Assembly (NCBI GenBank): GCA_030141605.1
Contig: JAQGDQ010000009.1
Location: 1-64,000 of the forward strand
Source of the DNA: Tubiluchus corallicola
Taxonomy: Eukaryota; Animalia; Priapulida
Direction of reading: 5' to 3'
DNA: 64,000 nucleotides
Each line of letters starts with the position of its first letter. Position 1 is the stretch's first letter. Position numbers and translations under genes: made by a program. A model generated the notes under the pieces. That model was not told where the DNA came from, did not search any database, and worked only from the letters and a program-made list of their open reading frames with translations. Positions 38,101-50,234 of the stretch are shown here, one piece after another.

Positions 38101-40975
38101 ATATTTTACATATTAGTGACCTTTTTTCTTGTTGTGGATTTCAGAGCATTTTCAGCTGGCAACAAACGTTCACGCTGGCTGGTTTCAACAAACGGAGTCT
38201 TGTCAAAAATCAGAAAGCTCATTACCACTGAGAAAAAACCTTTTATTCAAACTTAGAGAATGTGTTTATAAAACCGTAGAACATACTTGGCATACATAAT
38301 TGCACAAGTCTTAGTTACTATTCTTTTCCCTCAGGATGATGATCCAGTCAAAGGATTGACCGATGGAGACTCTGAGACATTTTGGGAAAGTGATGGTAGT
38401 CAAGGTCAGCATTGGATTAGACTTACAATGAAAAAGGGAATCATTATAAAGTAATAAATCCTTTACCTTTTTAACAAAAAAGAGTCTAACATCTTTTTAG
38501 AATTTGTTACATTTGCTTGTAGTGATGTAAATTAAACTGTGAGCATCAATGTTTCATACTGAGGTGCTAAAGCTTAACATTTGTGATTTGTTTAACTACT
38601 GTTGCTTACTGGTTTTCAAATATTCACAGGTAGGCTATGCAACAAAGGATTTAAACTTGGCCAGGGTTTTCTTGCAAAAATAACCAATATGAATTGAAAT
38701 TAGTAAGTTTGTCACATAAGTCATGATAAACTTGAATTACTGATTAATAAATTCCTATGAATAAGTTACACAGGTTAAAATATCCTGTGTATACATATAC
38801 ATATATATATATATATTTATTTATTTATTTTGCATTTTTAGAAAATTATACCTAACAGTGGATGCATCCGATGATAATTACATGCCATACCATATCATTG
38901 TTATGGGTGGAGAACTGGACAACATGAAACGGCTCCACGACATTCATCTTGATGTTTCCGTCACTGGAGATATATGTGTGCTGGAAAATATGACAGATTA
39001 CTATCACATTATTGAAATTCGGTACTTATCGTTAACCTCTTCACTGCTGCACAATTTGTATTTTAGCTAGCATATGGGAAATATTTTTAGAAAAGGAAAA
39101 GTTGCTACTTATACAGATACTACTACAGACTACATATTACTGTAACTTTTGCTATATCACTAAGTTTTACTGTCAAAACTATAATTGCCACTACCATAGC
39201 TGTTGACACCCCCATAATTTCTAATGCTACTGCAGGTGCTGACTACCACCACCATCACGAGCACCACCATTTTCATTAATGCAAGTTTCGTCACATAATT
39301 TAAGAAAGTAGTTTGTTTTTGTGTGGTTTAATTCAAAGTATCTTTCAAAATATAGGGTAGAAAACAAAAGTCACCACTCAGCAGACTGCAGTGCACATTC
39401 AATAATGACAACAACTTTTTCTGCCGCAAATTTTTTCCATGTTTTTGCCTGTAGTCGTTTTGTTGCCTACATATTTACTTTTTGGTCAACAGAAGACATC
39501 ACTACTGCTAGTAGTGTCACTAGCCTGATTCATGAAGTGTGCGAAGCGTGTGCAGTATCATTGCTACTAATGTTACTTATCACTTAATTTACATATTAGG
39601 CATAATGGTGACCCATTTCTTCCTATAGGCCAGTTAGAATAATATTTTCATGACGGGAGTGTGCATTACCATTACTCTTACTGTTAGAGTAGGTACATGT
39701 AACTACTGCCAAACTATTTAAAAGTGCTCTCAGCATTCTGTTTTCATAATTCACATTTTTGATTTTTTTTCTGGATTTTTTTTTGGCCAAATGTAGAAAA
39801 GTGAAAATCATGACGTTATTTAAACATAAAAACTGACAATATGTGCATTACTATAAGCAAGAATATGAACTGTATGCTTGTTTATAAATGTCCTTTCAAA
39901 TAAACAGATGTTCTGCGACTGCATTATTATTCTGCTAATAAAAACTTATTATCAGCTATTTAGCTATTAATATAAAAAGTTATTAATAAATTTGGAACAA
40001 AAAATTCAGATTGATCCATTACTCGTTGTATATTCACTATATTTCTTGTAGTATTGATGAATTACACAATATTTCTTTTAGTATTAAAGAATGCAAAGAT
40101 GGCGGAATTGACACTCGCATACACGGTATTAAAATCAAATCTTCTACTGAACATGATGTGGGGCTAAGTCAAGATTTGTTTTGTAGCAACACTCTTATGC
40201 GCTACCCTAAGCTGGAGAATTGTGATAAAGAATTTTTATATCGTAGAGCTCTTATTCTGCAAAGGTTTGGATTGAACTTTTGACTTTTTGCTAGTGTACT
40301 TATTTATTTTTATCATTTACTAGACGTACTGTCATCGAAATAAATGTATAAGATTATTTGTCTTAAAAAAAAGGAGTATTGAAATAAGTTGATTAATTTC
40401 TTTGTATCGAAAATCAGTATCTGTTTTGCTCTTCTTTGACTTTATTTACAGTTGTTATGAGTCACAAGTTGTTATGATGGCCTCAAATCAGACAAACTTG
40501 TAACTGTTGTTGTTGCTTGAGAAGAACTTGATTGATGGAGAAACTACATTTCAAAACAGCTAACACCGAAATTTTGTACTGAGCACTACTTGTATATATT
40601 GCAAAACACATACAAATATAGAATACAATGCGTGGTTCCCATAAATATAAAAACTAAGAAATTTTAGCAGTCTGGTATAACCTGAGTTGCTGGTCTTTTC
40701 TAGAAGAGTGCTAGAGATATACTGGACTATGAGCATGTGAGCATATGTGCAAGTTGTAGTAAGAAAAAGCTTTGTTTACAATCACTTCAGAATGGTGGTG
40801 GCATCCTCATTAAGCTAGCTTTTTAAAGTTTACAATAAAATTACTATTTTCTGAATTGCTTTTGCATTTGTAAACTATAATTATGATTAGAGGATATTAA
40901 CATATTGCTGTCTTCATGATATAAGTCATTTATTTTCACACAACCATTTTTATGTACAACAAAGCTATTAATAGC

Positions 40976-41008
<33 letters not shown>

Positions 41009-44000
41009 TTACTAATAGCAATTTCATTTTTAGGTTTATAATATTGTTTGACAGTGTATTACATTATATTGTGCCGCAGTGGCAGTATTCTATAGGAACT
41101 TTCAAGTGTTTTGAGGTACGTTCATATAAGTAAATTGGAAATAATTGTGACTCATTAATTTATTTAGTTGGTTTCAAATCTCTGTACATTACTTTTGTAT
41201 TTTATCATACTGTTATGCAAATTTTAAACATAATACATTTAAGCAGTATTGTTAAGCGGTATTGCAAGGAATCATCTTTTGTTTCAGTTGGTTCGTCAGC
41301 TACTTCCATTATCACGAAAAAGACTATCATTAATTGAAACATTTCTAAGGGAGACTGAGTCTAGGTTTGTTTATTCCACATTTTTTTCATCTGATATCAT
41401 AAATATGAATGCTCACTTGTTTACATGCAAATTACATCAATTCGTTTATGTAATCACTCACTAACTTTATATAAAATTTTCTTTTTTCAGCGTTCCTCGT
41501 CATATGCCAAAATTGTATATTAATCGTTGTTTAGCTGCAGAACACAGAATAGATCCTAGTTTAGATCCAGAGTATAAGCAAACTATCTTCAGTCAAGTTT
41601 ATGAAGGCTTGAGGCCTAGGGAACGGATCGAGAAATCGCTGGATTACCGGCAAGTCTGTTCTTCCATAGTATTATTATAAGAAAATTTCATCCGAATCCA
41701 TTTTTGATGAAGATGTAATTTTTTATCCTGTAGCAAGCTACATGTTAAACAACTACATCTTTTTGCTTTATTTTAGCTTATGAAGCAGGACTTGCAGCAT
41801 AAAGTGAAAATGTTTATTGAGTTATTGATTATCGTTTAAGAAAGAAAGAGTTACAAGAATAAACAGTTTTAAAGTGCTAATCAGGCAAAGTAAAAATTCA
41901 AAACCTTGAATTTAAATGCTTTAAACTGGCAAAATACTTTAAAGTAAGTGAATAATCATATAAGTACATACTTCTTATATTTTTGTTTTAAAAACTTCTC
42001 CCTGCATTTTCTGCTGCTATGTCTCTTGCATTTACAAATATGTGGTTTACACGTCTTGAATATGTGACCCAAACTATAAGGCATTTTGTTGACACATTCA
42101 GTCAAATATTCGTAATCTTATTTATAGCGTTGTTTTCCTTATTTATTCTATTTAGTTAGATATCATGTATTTTATGATTGATTTGCAGCATTTAGTTAAA
42201 TTTTTTAACATTTAGTTTTTTTACTGCTTATTCAACATTTTTGTACATGTCAGTGTGTGTAAGGAGATAAGCCTTCAACAAAACAGACAAATTAATGTGT
42301 GTGTTTTTGGCAGACTGGGATTTAGCTGTGAAACTGCCCAGAAGTAAAATCCATTGTTGTCTCGCTTTATTTGTGCTACTTTAACTTTTTAGCTAAGGAG
42401 CCTTTTGTATTCATAATTTAATTTTTCTCTTTGTACAGATGGCCATCTCGGTATGACCAGTGGTGGGAGTGCAAATTCGCATCAGAAGGTATAATAGATC
42501 AAGGAGGTGGTTTTCGTGATAGCTTGGCTGACATAGCTGACGAACTCTGTCCGACCGATAGTGAGGTTCCAGTGCCCCTTCCTTTTTTCATCCGAGCCCC
42601 TAATCAGGTGAGCTGTAGTGGTTTTATTTGTTATAATAGCATATTATCAGTTTTACGTCTTATAAATGTAAGTCAAACAGCACTGTTCAATTAAGTAAGA
42701 GAAACAGTCACAGAACTATGACAGGACTATGATTGCAGTAACTTTGACTGCAATATGAGGATTCATTACCTCTGATGGGTTGTAGATTTTATTTTCATAT
42801 GTCAGTTGCAAAAAATTTCCAGAATGTTCTATCTTTAGTAAAATAGTTTTTTATCAGTTATTAAAATCTTGGTACTGCATCTTTTCTAACTGTGTGCTTG
42901 GAAATTCTTCAACTTTTAGCATCTGACATGCTTTGTATCATTCTTCGTTGCTTGATGACAGTGTGTTGAGCTTGTTGTATTTAAAATGTTCATGAAAAGT
43001 AATTTCTGTCATTAACTTTCAGTTTAACATTGATTTGAATGTGGACAGGGATGTGTATGTTCCTAACTCAAAACATGATAAATTTGCCCAGTATGAATGG
43101 ATAGGAAAATTGATGGGAGCATGCCTGCGCAGCAGAGAAAGTCTGGTAACACACCCTAGTTTTTTATGGTGTCTTCTATTAGGCCATTTTCTTACTAATA
43201 AAAACTTTAAAGCAGAAGAAAAGGGAATTTTGAAATATATGCAAATAATTTTCCATTCAAAGTTATATTACTTAGCATTGCACTTACCCGCTTGAAAGAC
43301 TTGTGTAATTGGAAAAGAAAATTCTTAATAATTTAAAACATTTGCACCACTTGGTAAAAAGGCACTGCGTCGCCATCCCAATGTGGAGTACTAATTCACC
43401 AAAAAACACCTTTTTCTTCTTATTGACAAGATAAAGAAATTTAAACTTCTGCTTAATTACTGAGGTTTGCTGTATGAATGCCCCGAATGTTTTTCAAAAC
43501 TTCATGCAAGGTTATCTAAGCTTTTTTTCAAACGATTTAAAGTCAAAATGTCTGTGGCTATTGGTCATTACTAGAGTTTAAATTTACAAGATTTATACAG
43601 CATTACTGCTAATGCATGCCCTGTATGCAATAAGACAGCATCTAAGTGATGTAAAATTTCAACACAAATTTTTAGGCTTTATTTATGCAGCGTGTTTTCT
43701 TATAATTTAATTTACCAAAAAATAATTTTTATTATACTACCATTTTCTGAATAGTGTAATGTAACATTACCATCTTTGTTTTTATATTAGGTTTTATCGT
43801 TACCAAGTTTTATTTGGAAGAAACTCGTTGGAGAAACTGTTAGCTGGTCAAGAGATTATATAACTATTGACCTGGCTGAGGTGAAGCTTATGGAGAATGT
43901 TGAATCAATGGACCAAGAAGCATTTCTCAGCTACTTTGGAGATGAGCGGACATTCGTGTATGCAATAACATTTTTTTCTTTCAACTTTTGTTCTTCGATT

Positions 44001-47000
44001 TGCAGCTTCAAATCTTATGAACTGCACTTTGCAAACTGCATGTCCCATTTATAACTTTGCACGATCTAAGAGGAATGTTGGTAGATTGTTTAATAGGCCT
44101 GTCTGCCACCACAAACTCTCAGCATAATTTTTTATACTTGTTTATTCAGGCACATATCTACTAGGCCTGACGTGTAATTATTCACCAGTCCTCCTAGTTT
44201 TTTTATTATCTGAGTGCATTTATGTAAAAATGATCTTTACAAAAGCTCTTAGTTCTTGTTATCTTTCTATGAGAAATCGTTCATGATGGCTGTCTGATAC
44301 ATCTGTGTAATTTATGTATGTTGTCATGTTTATATTTTTGCAGGTGTACAACATGCAATGGCAGCACTGTACCAGTTACTCCAGGAGGGGAGAAAAAATT
44401 GCTGACTTTTGACAACAGATTAGAGTATGTGCAGAGTGTCAAGGATATCCGGATGTCCGAATTTAATAAACAGGTCAGGTGATAATTGTATGCCTTGATT
44501 TCAGCCGAGTCAGCTATCACCTGTGTCAATTTTATGTTCAGAAGTCACAAATATTTTTTAATTCGTGAGAAATGTGTAAGTGCGTCTAGGAATATCTCAT
44601 TAAATGATCTTGTTTGGACAAATGCTTATTAGGATACTCATGAACTTTGCATTGTAGTAGATATATTAGAGCTTACGAATTAATTACATTATTTATAACT
44701 ATACATATGTTAGTTACCGATTTGTCGTGCACACTAAAGTTTGTAGATATGGTAAATTGTTTTCTTTTGTTTGTTTTTGTGCACGTGTATAAATGTGGCT
44801 TCACAACGTTAAGTAGTGTTTTGAGAGTGTGAACATTTAAGTAGAATTAGTGAATGCATTTTTTAAGTAGATTCATTGCAAAGAAACTATTGCATTCATC
44901 AGTCCTCTGACTGATTATATACAAATTTTTTTATAAATCTATTGTTTGCATTAATTGCAATAAATAATGTGTGTGTGTGTGTGTGTGTGTGCGTGCATGT
45001 GTGTATGCATCTGTTTATAACTAAAGTTGTTTGTAGTTATATATAAAACTGCATTTTTATTTTCACTTGTTTCAAACATTTTTGCAAATGCATATACTGA
45101 AAAGTTTTAAATCATTGCCAGGTCGATGTACACTGATTTGTTTGTCATTAACTTTGATGATGACAACAGTGACCTTTGATTAATAATATGCACTTAACGT
45201 GTGATATAAATAAAGTGGTTTGGACTTCTTGAACTTCTTTGTGAGAAGAGTCACCCACGTAAAAGTATGCAGTTAAGTTTTTAAATAAAGTTGCAATAAT
45301 GGACTTGTATGTTTCTTATTAATATTACTAAATATGTGAGAAATGATGATTGATGTCGTTTCTTCATTAGGTTGATGCAATAAAGCAGGGTCTGTTGAAG
45401 GTAATACCAAAAGCTGTACTTGATCTGCTAACATGGCAAGAGCTGGAAAAGAAAGTTTGTGGTGATCCAGACATAACTGTGGAAGCTTTAAAAAAGCAAA
45501 GTGAGTGCCGATTTTTTGGGTTTGAACAAATCCACATTTAACCGGATCTGGATTAGATTCACGTCTAGACTTTTGTTGTTAGAGATATTAATATAACTCC
45601 TGTTCCCGGTTCTTTAAAAATATTGTATTCCCATTCCGGATATGCTGAAACAACTCCTGACTAATTCTGAAATAATTTAAAAAATGTCTTATTGGCAAGG
45701 TATCACAACATAGGAACTTTTTAGTTAGAATTTTTTTACTTCAGCTTTTATTAAAGACCGGGGAAAATCTTTCACTGAGATTACTTTATGACTTCACATG
45801 GATTTTTTATAATTTTGGCGTTGTAAAAATTATTATAATTTTGCATCTCCGAAGGTCAAGGCCTGACCAGCTGATCCGGATCTGATCTCGTCTCTAAATT
45901 TTTCCTTTGGTTTTATTGGTATTTTTTGCTGCAAAGTCGGTTTGTCATCAGCAATGTATAAAGAATAATGCTATCTCTGTTAATGTAAGCCACTGAGTTT
46001 TCCTCAACTGACTGAACTTTGGTCTTGGTTTTTAGAACTGCACTGTTATTTTCATGCTTGGCATGTATAGTAAAAGTGTTTGTGTAAGATGGTGTCCTGG
46101 TGTGGATAATGAAATTTTGGATTGTTTCCGCTACATTAAAACAAAATAGCAGTAGTTCTGCTTTAAAGTGCTTCTTGAATTCTGCAGAAATGAATGGTAA
46201 TGAAAACAGCATATAACAAATCTTTATTCAGTAATTACTCAGCCCCATACAATTATTGAGTTATTGTTTCGCTTTAGAAATGATTCCTTCTGTATGTAAC
46301 TCAACTTAAATGCTGGTTGAAATGGGTTATATTTCCTTTTTGTAATTCCAGCTGATAATGAAAGGATTCATAAGCTTATTGTAATCATTTTTTCAAAAAT
46401 TAAATACATTTTTCTTTTCCCCATTTCGCTTTGGAGCAGCTCACTATGAGGATATGTCGCAGACTGACATTAGAGTTTGTCACCTTTGGGAAGCCATAGA
46501 AAAATTTACAAGCGAAGATAGAAGCCGGTTTCTCCGTTTTGTGACGGGCAGAAGACGACTGCCGGCACCCATCTATGTTTGTCCGGATAAAGGGTTAGTA
46601 TATTATCGCCATAGCTAGTAACTGGGATATTTTTTACCAATCTGTATAATTTTCGATTATTGAGGTATTGGAACTTCTTTCAAAAAGTGAAATGAGAAAG
46701 CATTGACTATTAGAGTGATGTCAAAGCCACAGATTTGATTCATGATATTTTACATATTTCGCTTTGCCTGTATTACTGCCTACATAGCATCAGTGTTGGG
46801 TGTAGCTGACTTTTTGTTTATTTGAAATTTAAGTGATTGCAGGTCTGTGGAAACTTGAAATCTACTAGTTATTTGTTTTACGTAAGTAGATCTAACGAGG
46901 TACATTATAAATCCGTCAGTGTGGAACAGCTTTTAAAGAATAACATGTTAGATATTCCATCACATAGCTCTGTATGACTTAGGTTGATCATTATATTGAC

Positions 47001-48123
47001 TTAGTGACATGAAAGCACAAACTAATTTGGCCTCTACTGTTTAAATGTGCAATATAGTAATTTTTAAAACATTTTTATTTCAGTGAGGAGGTAGTAAATT
47101 CATTGCCTGAATCGTCAACTTGTTCTAGTACATTGTTTCTACCAAAGTACGAGAGGTAAAAAAAATTGTTCCTTACTGAAGTTTTCACATGTGTTTGCTT
47201 GTGTTTTTCTATGTGCATTGTAAAGCCTCTTGAAGGACAGTGCTGAGGCTCATTTATTGGCTTCATTAGTTTGTACTCACCAAAACTCAGCTCTGGTAAG
47301 AATGTTGCTTTGATAAAGTTTGTTTGTATGTTGGTATACATCATATTGAAGTAATATTCGGGTCTAGGCATTGATTTAGACTGACAATTTTCTTACATAT
47401 CTGTGAAAAACTAATTTTGCTCGAATATTAAACATTAGTCTGTTTCTTGAACTTGCTGTTTATTTAACCATCGGCCACCAGAAACGGGGCGCAAAAATGG
47501 CCACCAGAAACGGGCTTGGTCATTTTGCCGTAAAGCCTTCAGTACCTGTCCTCCACTGTGCTTATCTGTGCAGAATGGTTATCTGTCTGCTACATAAACA
47601 GATGTTATCTGTCTACGATATTAGCATGTCACATACTTTCATTGTAATACCAATCGCAGCACACTGGGGTGTGTTTTTACCTAAGTGCCAGTTTGTTATC
47701 ATATTGACTTTCCCCATTATATGGTAGGGCAAAAATGAGAAAGTAAGCAAATTTGCAGTCTTTGTTAGCTAGTTTTGAAATTTACTCTTGTTGTGGAAAA
47801 ATGTCTTATACTAGGCCTTGAGAACCAGAATAATGGGGAAAAGGCATTTTGAGTAAAACCACTCATCTTTATATATCTTAGTGTTGCTATCTTTGCTAAA
47901 ACACTTTATGAAAAAGGAGAAATGTAAACCATTTAGGAGTCGGTTCATTAGTAACAAACTTGTTCGATACAGTTCACTTACCTGATAATGATTCTTTATA
48001 AACGGTAATCTCTGAAATACTCTTCATTTTGTTTGTAGTGCCAAGGTAGCGGAAGACAAACTCCGTTATGCAATATACAACTGCATAGCGATAGACACAG
48101 ACATGAGTCCTTGGGACAACTGA
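35103..48123 (+). CDS. HECTD3: E3 ubiquitin-protein ligase HECTD3 (DOC/APC10 domain + HECT domain), complete, about 842 aa
   Basis: Seventeen phase-consistent exons: 35103-35402, 35722-35894, 37138-37366, 38335-38450, 38842-39021, 40082-40264, 41034-41115, 41288-41364, 41491-41649, 42439-42607, 43023-43145, 43791-43957, 44344-44473, 45371-45500, 46440-46593, 47084-47155, 48039-48123 (2529 nt with stop). Motifs [27 protein letters not shown] (DOC), [36 protein letters not shown], catalytic [14 protein letters not shown] and C-terminal [13 protein letters not shown] match HECTD3 as recalled. Exon 2 is the least conserved. Confidence 0.95.
36056..36335 (+). repeat. Interspersed repeat family C, copy 1 (HECTD3 intron 2)
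   Basis: Colinear with 39075-39395: AACTTTTGCTATATCAC, ACCACCATCACGAG, GTGGTTTAATTCAAAG, GTAGAAAACAAAAGTCA, CAGCAGACTGC. Confidence 0.8.
37570..38041 (+). mobile_element. Kolobok-like MITE, family B
   Basis: Colinear with 927-1406 and 43211-43706; right end followed by TTAA 38042-38045. Confidence 0.72.
39075..39395 (+). repeat. Interspersed repeat family C, copy 2 (HECTD3 intron 5)
   Basis: Direct-orientation match to 36056-36335. Confidence 0.8.
40976..41008. repeat. (AAT)n microsatellite
   Basis: About 11 AAT units just upstream of the HECTD3 exon 7 acceptor. Confidence 0.9.
43211..43706 (+). mobile_element. Kolobok-like MITE, family B
   Basis: TTAA at 43207-43210 and 43707-43710; begins AGCAGAAGAAAAGGG; colinear with other family B copies. 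Confidence 0.75.
44968..45004. repeat. (GT)n microsatellite
   Basis: Seen directly. Confidence 0.9.
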
Positions 48124-48311
48124 TTTCCATGCTACCATGTGCAAGGCAAGTCACCTTGCAATACAATCTTAGCAATACACCATTTCCGAAACATTCTTGT
48201 GCTTGATTATGGCAAACACAGTTTCTTATGCGACTTTGTGGGCAGCTCTTCATATTTACAAGGGTTACTGAAATAGAAACGTTTGTCATACTTGCTCTTC
48301 ATGACTCCTTA

Positions 48312-48488
48312 TGGTGCCATTCAGACTAGCAAATTTTCCGTTGCGAGTTTTCTCTCTGACAGCAAACTGGCAAGTTAGTGTGAACTGCTTAGTGAGTTAC
48401 TGTCTGCATGTTATTGTAAATACTTTGACACTGATTGAATGTGTTTGCGAGTTACTTGGCGAGAAAACTTGCTAGTCTGAAAGCACCC
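48312..48488. mobile_element. PIF/Harbinger-like MITE just downstream of the HECTD3 stop
   Basis: TIRs GGTGCCATTCAGACTAGCAAATTTTC / GAAAACTTGCTAGTCTGAAAGCACC with TTA on both sides (48309-48311, 48489-48491). Confidence 0.8.
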
Positions 48489-49784
48489 TTATTCACTCTG
48501 AAATAAGTCGACTGTTCATTATATTTCTTTACAAATTTGTGAATGTTTATCATACTGTATCGTCATTTATGATGAAATTACTTCAAAGTTATAGAAATAC
48601 AAATTGTTCAATTTAGGCACATGATCTTGAAAACTTTTTGTTTTATTCTTCATGCACTAAGAAAAGAATTGTGTACTAAGATACATAAATGTGTGACCAC
48701 AGTTCTGGAATATTAGGCATTTGATAACATTTAATACTTGATTCATATTAAAATATCTAATACTAATAATTCACCAAATGTATTTATTTGTGTAGTATAC
48801 TATTTTCTCAACTACTCAACGATTTCTGACAGATGATAAGTCAAACGAGTTGACTTGGTGTCTCATGATTCCAAAGACGTGTAGTTTTCGATTCAGGATT
48901 GTCTGGCATTTTTCGCTCATTTTTGCGCAAAACTTATGAAACTGAAATCTTAAGAGCGGGACTGCGAAAATGAGGTCACCTACAGGTGCTATATAACGTT
49001 GAAAAGAGCTTTCAACATGGGGTGTAATAGACACGCACATGTACATGCACAAGCACACGCGCACGCACGCATGCAGACACACATAGTTAAGGTTACGCGG
49101 GAGGCTCACAGGCAGTCAAAATAAGAATTTTCATTTTCGGACCCACCAGATTTTCAGAAAAATGCACAAATAGCCTGCAGAAAATCGATTTTTGAAACTA
49201 CCTGGGCAACTTGGAAAAACTCCTGTCAGAGGAAGAGATGGTGTACAATGTGTGAATAACGATCTACTCACATAACGAAATGGGGAGGTTTATTTCAGTT
49301 TTTTCAACTTCTGTATAGCAGCACGCTATTGGAACAGCCATTGTTTTTGTCTTTGTCTTTCAAGAATGTGCTGCCATTATGATCATTGTAATCACCTACC
49401 GTTCTACTATACTATAGAGTGAGCTATTATAATAGTTATAAACATCTGTTGACCTATTGATCACTAAAGTACTAAGCAGAAACTATGTAAAATGTTTACG
49501 CATTCTTGATTATGCGCAAAATGCTTTTGCAGGATTTGACGGTTACTACAATATTTTATATAGGCCATTATTGTCTCTTAAAAATATTGTTTACCTGTGA
49601 AAAAGAACTACTACAAGGATAAAAGTTACAGACAACATTGAGAATTTTAAATAAAATTCATGACAGTTATATTTTTATAAAAATGTACATGCAGAATAAT
49701 ATACTTCAAAATAAAAAATAATAATTTATAGAATTGTATATTAAAATAATATATAATAAATTACAGGAGGCTGTAATTTGCAGG

Positions 49785-50112
49785 CCGCATTACTTTTTAA
49801 CTAAAAAAACTATGACAACTCTAATTTGTGTGATTACAAATTTTCCCATAATAATGAATTACATGAATTTGTAATTCATAGGCTGCACTACTTTTTCAAT
49901 ACAAAAACTATGACAACTCTAATTTATGTAACTATAAATGTTCATATAGGACTATAAACACTAGGGTTCTTTTCTGTACAAAGTGACGTTGTGACATCAA
50001 ATTTCCAGATTTCTTTATTAAAACAATAGAAAATAAATTAATGCGAACTCTAATTCATGTGATTCAAGAACTATGAGTTCAGGCATATAAAAACTCAGGT
50101 CTTTTTCTGTAC
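49785..50112. repeat. Degenerate tandem duplications between HECTD3 and the zinc-finger gene
   Basis: AAAAACTATGACAACTCTAATTT occurs twice about 98 bp apart; TTTTCTGTACA-containing block also occurs twice. Confidence 0.7.
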
Positions 50113-50234
50113 ATTATTAATTTTATAATGTACATCAAAAGGCTAAAAAAACTTAAATTTACAAGGATTAGTACCACTGTGTGCATGCGTATTAACCTAA
50201 ACGATATTCCATTTATCTCTTTTCTTGAAAAATG

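Noticed and set aside
46434-46439. GAGCAG tandem acceptor before HECTD3 exon 15
   Set aside because: GAG is a poor acceptor and CAG gives the expected protein; no evidence of alternative use.
48835-49320. Transposon-like segment with GTTGAAAAGAGCTTTCAAC palindrome
   Set aside because: Could not define termini, target duplication or a second copy.
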